Shown in pieces: positions 60,614-64,000 of a stretch of 64,000 nt of DNA. How positions within the stretch are numbered: position 1 is the stretch's first letter; the number at the start of each line of letters is the position of its first letter. The notes beneath the pieces are model-generated. The model had not been told where the DNA came from. It worked only from the letters and a program-made list of their open reading frames with translations, and did not search any database. The position numbers and the translations under genes were made by a program. This DNA comes from Prochlorococcus sp. AG-402-C22 (lineage in GTDB: Bacteria; Cyanobacteriota; Cyanobacteriia; PCC-6307; Cyanobiaceae): NCBI GenBank assembly GCA_003279535.1, contig QCHO01000001.1, forward strand, positions 26,375 through 90,374, given 5' to 3'.

Positions 60614-61768
60614 TTATTTAAAGGGTATAGAATCATTTTCTAATTCAATTTCCAACTTAGTTTGTCTATTTACTTCTATTAACCAAGGATTTATTATATT
60701 TTCCATATTTTTGTCAAACCACTTATGTAAGCTTATGGTGCTTTTTGCAAAAAATCCCCTTCTTCGTTTATGTTTGCCACCTGCTCCAGGATCAAAAAAA
60801 TGGATACTATTTTTTATTGCCCATTCAATTGGCTGGTAGTAGCATAATTCAAAATGTAAATTAGAGATTTCTTCTTGACTGCCCCAATATCTACCCCATA
60901 AGTTGTTTTTATTTTTAACGCACATTGACATCGCAAAAATATCATTAGAACCGTTTTTTGCTGCGCTAAAAAGCAAAAGATTTTTTTTATTATCCAAGAT
61001 TTTTTCGAAAAATGTAGATGTTAGATATTTACTTCCCCATATTCCCCACCTTGAACAATGCTGCTCATAAAAATTATGCATTTTTTGGAGGATTAATTGA
61101 TTTATATTATCCTCCTCAAAAATTTCTACTTTAATATCTTGTTTAGAAATTGACTTCCTTTCTTTTTTTATATTTTTTCTCTGATTAGAGTTAAATCTAG
61201 AAAGAAAATCATCAAAGGTTTTTTCTCCATTACTCCTCCATTCACTGCTGGAATTTATCCATTCATAATATCCCAAAGATTTAAGATGATTACCCCAGCT
61301 TTCATCGATATATAAAAAATTACAACTTAAAATTTTGTTTGTAATAGCAAAGTTTTCGATATGTTTTATCAGTAAATTTGTAATTTCTGTCTTATTTTTG
61401 TTTTGTTTATATAAAAATTGATATCCATTTACAGGACTATAAGGACTCATTCCAATTAATTTAGGGTAATAATTTAAATCCAGCTCTTGAGCCAATCTTG
61501 CAAATGACTGATCAAAAATAAATTCTCCATAGCTATGATTTTTTAAAAAAAGTGGAGCGATTCCTAAAATTTCTTCATTATTATAAGCTATAAAATATAA
61601 AGGTTGCCAACCAGTTTCTCTGGAAACACTTTTTGATGTTTCAAGGTTTTTAAGCCAATCCCATTCATAAAATGGATTGTGTAATTCATTTGTTAATTCA
61701 TTCCATATCTCTTTGGAGATTTCTTTAATGGAAAATTTCGCTTCAACTTTATGTATTTTTTGGTTCAT
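60614..61768 (-). CDS. GNAT/FemAB-like protein (DUF482)
   Basis: HSYGEFIFD, YYPKL, GRYWG, LHFELCYY, GAGGKHK. Confidence 0.88.
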   Translation of the reverse strand: MNQKIHKVEAKFSIKEISKEIWNELTNELHNPFYEWDWLKNLETSKSVSRETGWQPLYFIAYNNEEILGIAPLFLKNHSYGEFIFDQSFARLAQELDLNYYPKLIGMSPYSPVNGYQFLYKQNKNKTEITNLLIKHIENFAITNKILSCNFLYIDESWGNHLKSLGYYEWINSSSEWRSNGEKTFDDFLSRFNSNQRKNIKKERKSISKQDIKVEIFEEDNINQLILQKMHNFYEQHCSRWGIWGSKYLTSTFFEKILDNKKNLLLFSAAKNGSNDIFAMSMCVKNKNNLWGRYWGSQEEISNLHFELCYYQPIEWAIKNSIHFFDPGAGGKHKRRRGFFAKSTISLHKWFDKNMENIINPWLIEVNRQTKLEIELENDSIPFK

Positions 61769-61785
61769 ATATTATTTAATTTATT

Positions 61786-62436
61786 TCAAATTTTTTTGTA
61801 ATGAATGTGGATTTCATTATTCATTAAATTTTTAATAGATTTTATTTCCCATAGTCTTTTGACATTAAAAATCTCTTTTGATTGTTCTGGAGGTATCCAT
61901 GTATATTGACCTCCAATAATTTGCGGAATTATTGTAATTTTTATATCTGTTATTAAATCCTCTTTTATAAATGAATTTATAAGTTTTGTACCTCCTAAAA
62001 GAGCTAGATTATTAATCCCCTGTTTTTTGAGAGAAATTAAAGTTTTTCCCCATGAATTATCAAAAAAGATTTCTTTCTCAAAGTCATTATTTGATGAGTT
62101 ATAAATTCTATTAGAGCTAATTAGCCATCTTCTAATTGGTTGTCGAAAGTACTTCCAATTTTTGTTAAATTTCTTACTATTGGAAGCAATTATAGAAATT
62201 GGTTGATTTTTTGATATTTTAGCTTGGTTAGCTTCACAGCGATTTTTAATTAAAAAAGTTGATTGATGAGCTTTTAAAGTTCCTAAACCAAAAATGGTAG
62301 CATCAACCATTGATAAATTATTATTCAATATTTTTTTATCTTCTTCGCTTCCAAGATGTGACTCTCCACCTTGAGGAAATGCAATTCTGCCATCAAGACT
62401 TGATGCTATAACTATTGTTACTTTTGGAATACTCAA
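61786..62436 (-). CDS. RibD C-terminal (DHFR-like) reductase domain protein
   Basis: ASSLDGRI, GLGTL, LLGG, IPQIIGG; no deaminase domain. Confidence 0.85.
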   Translation of the reverse strand: MSIPKVTIVIASSLDGRIAFPQGGESHLGSEEDKKILNNNLSMVDATIFGLGTLKAHQSTFLIKNRCEANQAKISKNQPISIIASNSKKFNKNWKYFRQPIRRWLISSNRIYNSSNNDFEKEIFFDNSWGKTLISLKKQGINNLALLGGTKLINSFIKEDLITDIKITIIPQIIGGQYTWIPPEQSKEIFNVKRLWEIKSIKNLMNNEIHIHYKKI

Positions 62437-63359
62437 GCTTGTGTAACTAAATTATTTTCTAATTTCAAATTAAATGAATTGGTTAACTTTTGATCAATAT
62501 AAATTTCTGCAGCGTTATTTGGACTCTCTTGTAGTCTTATTTTGTGTAATGATGCACCAAGTTCATGTATTGGCTTTTTTAGAATATCTGAAATATATAA
62601 AGCTATATTTTCAGCAGTTGGAACACAACTATGGAAAAATTTGATATCCTTATTCAGAAAAGTATGATCTAATTGTTCAACAACCAAATCATCAATTATT
62701 TCTTGGAGTGCAGATAAGTCGCAAACCATACCAGTTCTACTATCAATTTCTCCTTTTACAGTTATTTCGACAAGATAGTTATGACCATGACCATTAACTC
62801 TGGCACATTTCCCATAAATTTTTTTATTTTCATCAAAAGATATCTCTTCTTTTGCGAGTCTGTGAGCGGCTGCAAAATGAGTTTGAACTGTTAAAAATGC
62901 TTCCATGTTTTTTCCAAAATAATCTGCCCATAAAATTGGGTTTTCATAAAGCCTTAGACTTGTAAGAGGTAAATCATCTTTTAAACGACTCCAAATAACC
63001 ATTACTAATGCTTCAGTTGTGGGTAAAATGCCCTCTTGATTTTCAACATTAAATTCAGGCCAGACATCATTTAAAAAACGAAAATCTAGTTGTCCAGTAA
63101 CCTTATCTTTTATAGAGTGTTTTACATCAGAAAGGTTTAGGACCATTCCATCAGAGTCTAGTTCTCCACCCATTGATACAATGAGTTCATAATTGTGACC
63201 ATGCCCTGGTGCAATACTGCACTTTCCAAAAAGAGATAAATTTTCTTCTGGACTTTTTTCAGGCAGCCAATAACGGTGACTAGAACTAAAGCAGGCACGT
63301 CGAGTAATGACGCATTCACGTCCCTTGCCATGTGATGGTTTGGATTGTGTGGAAGTCAT
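62433..63359 (-). CDS. Tandem 6-pyruvoyl/6-carboxy-tetrahydropterin synthase (two PTPS domains)
   Basis: Two repeats: HRY...C..GHGHNY...PTTE and HRL...C..GHGHNY...PTAEN. Confidence 0.9.
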   Translation of the reverse strand: MTSTQSKPSHGKGRECVITRRACFSSSHRYWLPEKSPEENLSLFGKCSIAPGHGHNYELIVSMGGELDSDGMVLNLSDVKHSIKDKVTGQLDFRFLNDVWPEFNVENQEGILPTTEALVMVIWSRLKDDLPLTSLRLYENPILWADYFGKNMEAFLTVQTHFAAAHRLAKEEISFDENKKIYGKCARVNGHGHNYLVEITVKGEIDSRTGMVCDLSALQEIIDDLVVEQLDHTFLNKDIKFFHSCVPTAENIALYISDILKKPIHELGASLHKIRLQESPNNAAEIYIDQKLTNSFNLKLENNLVTQA

Positions 63360-63409
63360 ACTTGTCTACAATAATACTATCTTAAGGTTTTATATACGCT
63401 TTTGTCTTT

Positions 63410-63967
63410 ATGGAACAATCCATTATCGAAAAAACAGTCAAGGTCATCAAAGGTAGAAGCATATTTTTAATAGGTATGATGGGTTGTGGTAAGTCAAAAA
63501 CTGGTTTGAAATTGGCTGAATTATTGAAGTATAAATATATTGATTTAGATTCATTAATAGAGAAGTTAGCAAAAAAATCTATCAATCAAATTTTCAATGA
63601 TGAAGGAGAAGATAATTTCCGGGAATTAGAAACAAACTGCTTAAAGGAAACGATCAAAATTCCTTCATTAGTTATATCAACTGGTGGAGGCATAGTTACC
63701 AAGATGGAAAACTGGGGAATTTTAAGGCAGGGGATAATTGCATGGATAGATCTCGACAAAGATATTGCAATCGAGAGACTGAAAAATGAAATTGAAAATA
63801 GGCCATTACTTCAGGGAAAGAATCTAAATGATATATATATGAGTATTTTTCAATCTAGAAAAAATTTATATTCTCAAGCTGATTTAAGAATTCAGGTAAA
63901 AAAAGAAAATATTGAACAAGTTGCTATGAAAATAATCAATGCGATGTATGAAGAAATAATTAATTAA
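63410..63967 (+). CDS. aroK: Shikimate kinase
   Basis: GMMGCGKS, GEDNFRELE, STGGG, RPLL. Confidence 0.96.
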   Translation: MEQSIIEKTVKVIKGRSIFLIGMMGCGKSKTGLKLAELLKYKYIDLDSLIEKLAKKSINQIFNDEGEDNFRELETNCLKETIKIPSLVISTGGGIVTKMENWGILRQGIIAWIDLDKDIAIERLKNEIENRPLLQGKNLNDIYMSIFQSRKNLYSQADLRIQVKKENIEQVAMKIINAMYEEIIN

Positions 63968-64000
63968 TCTGGTTTAATTCTCACCGCAAACCATTTTATA
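63964..64000 (-). CDS. 3' end of a minus-strand gene entering from outside the window
   Basis: Reads ...IKWFAVRIKPD* with 4-nt overlap of the aroK stop; too short to assign. Confidence 0.3.
   Translation of the reverse strand, partial: IKWFAVRIKPD

Noticed and set aside
1380-63585. Many short overlapping track ORFs (e.g. 1380-1571, 4144-4347, 13232-13648, 39615-39965, 51399-51758, 57850-58560, 63382-63585)
   Set aside because: Antisense or out-of-frame shadows of well-supported genes, with no recognisable motifs.
1-64000. CRISPR array, tandem repeat array, IS element or defence island
   Set aside because: No regularly spaced repeats, transposase, cas or restriction-modification genes seen; nearly all DNA is explained by core genes.

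Overview
AT-rich, gene-dense region with the gene content and order of a high-light Prochlorococcus core chromosome segment (taxon inferred from gene content and the permuted tmRNA, not from a database search). It runs from speA-ndk-thiO-gatB-coaE-argJ through ssrA, smc, accC, psbX, sufBCDS, pgm, ktrAB, tolC, nadB, rimO and petL to aroK. Two RNA genes are present: a circularly permuted two-piece tmRNA (tag ANKIVSFSRQTAPVAA) and a tRNA-Leu with an unusual AAG anticodon. I found six small CDS missing from the ORF track, including petL and a second hli gene. I saw no integrase, transposase, prophage or CRISPR array. The best candidates for undescribed biology are: (1) an orphan ParA ATPase with an overlapping tail-anchored partner; (2) an RHH regulator with a symmetric divergent promoter facing small genes, one of them a Nif11-like leader-only protein; (3) a stand-alone LigD 3'-phosphoesterase-like gene in front of smc; and (4) a PTPS-RibD_C-GNAT-DUF4346 cluster that may encode pterin metabolism. 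All four are inferences that need testing.
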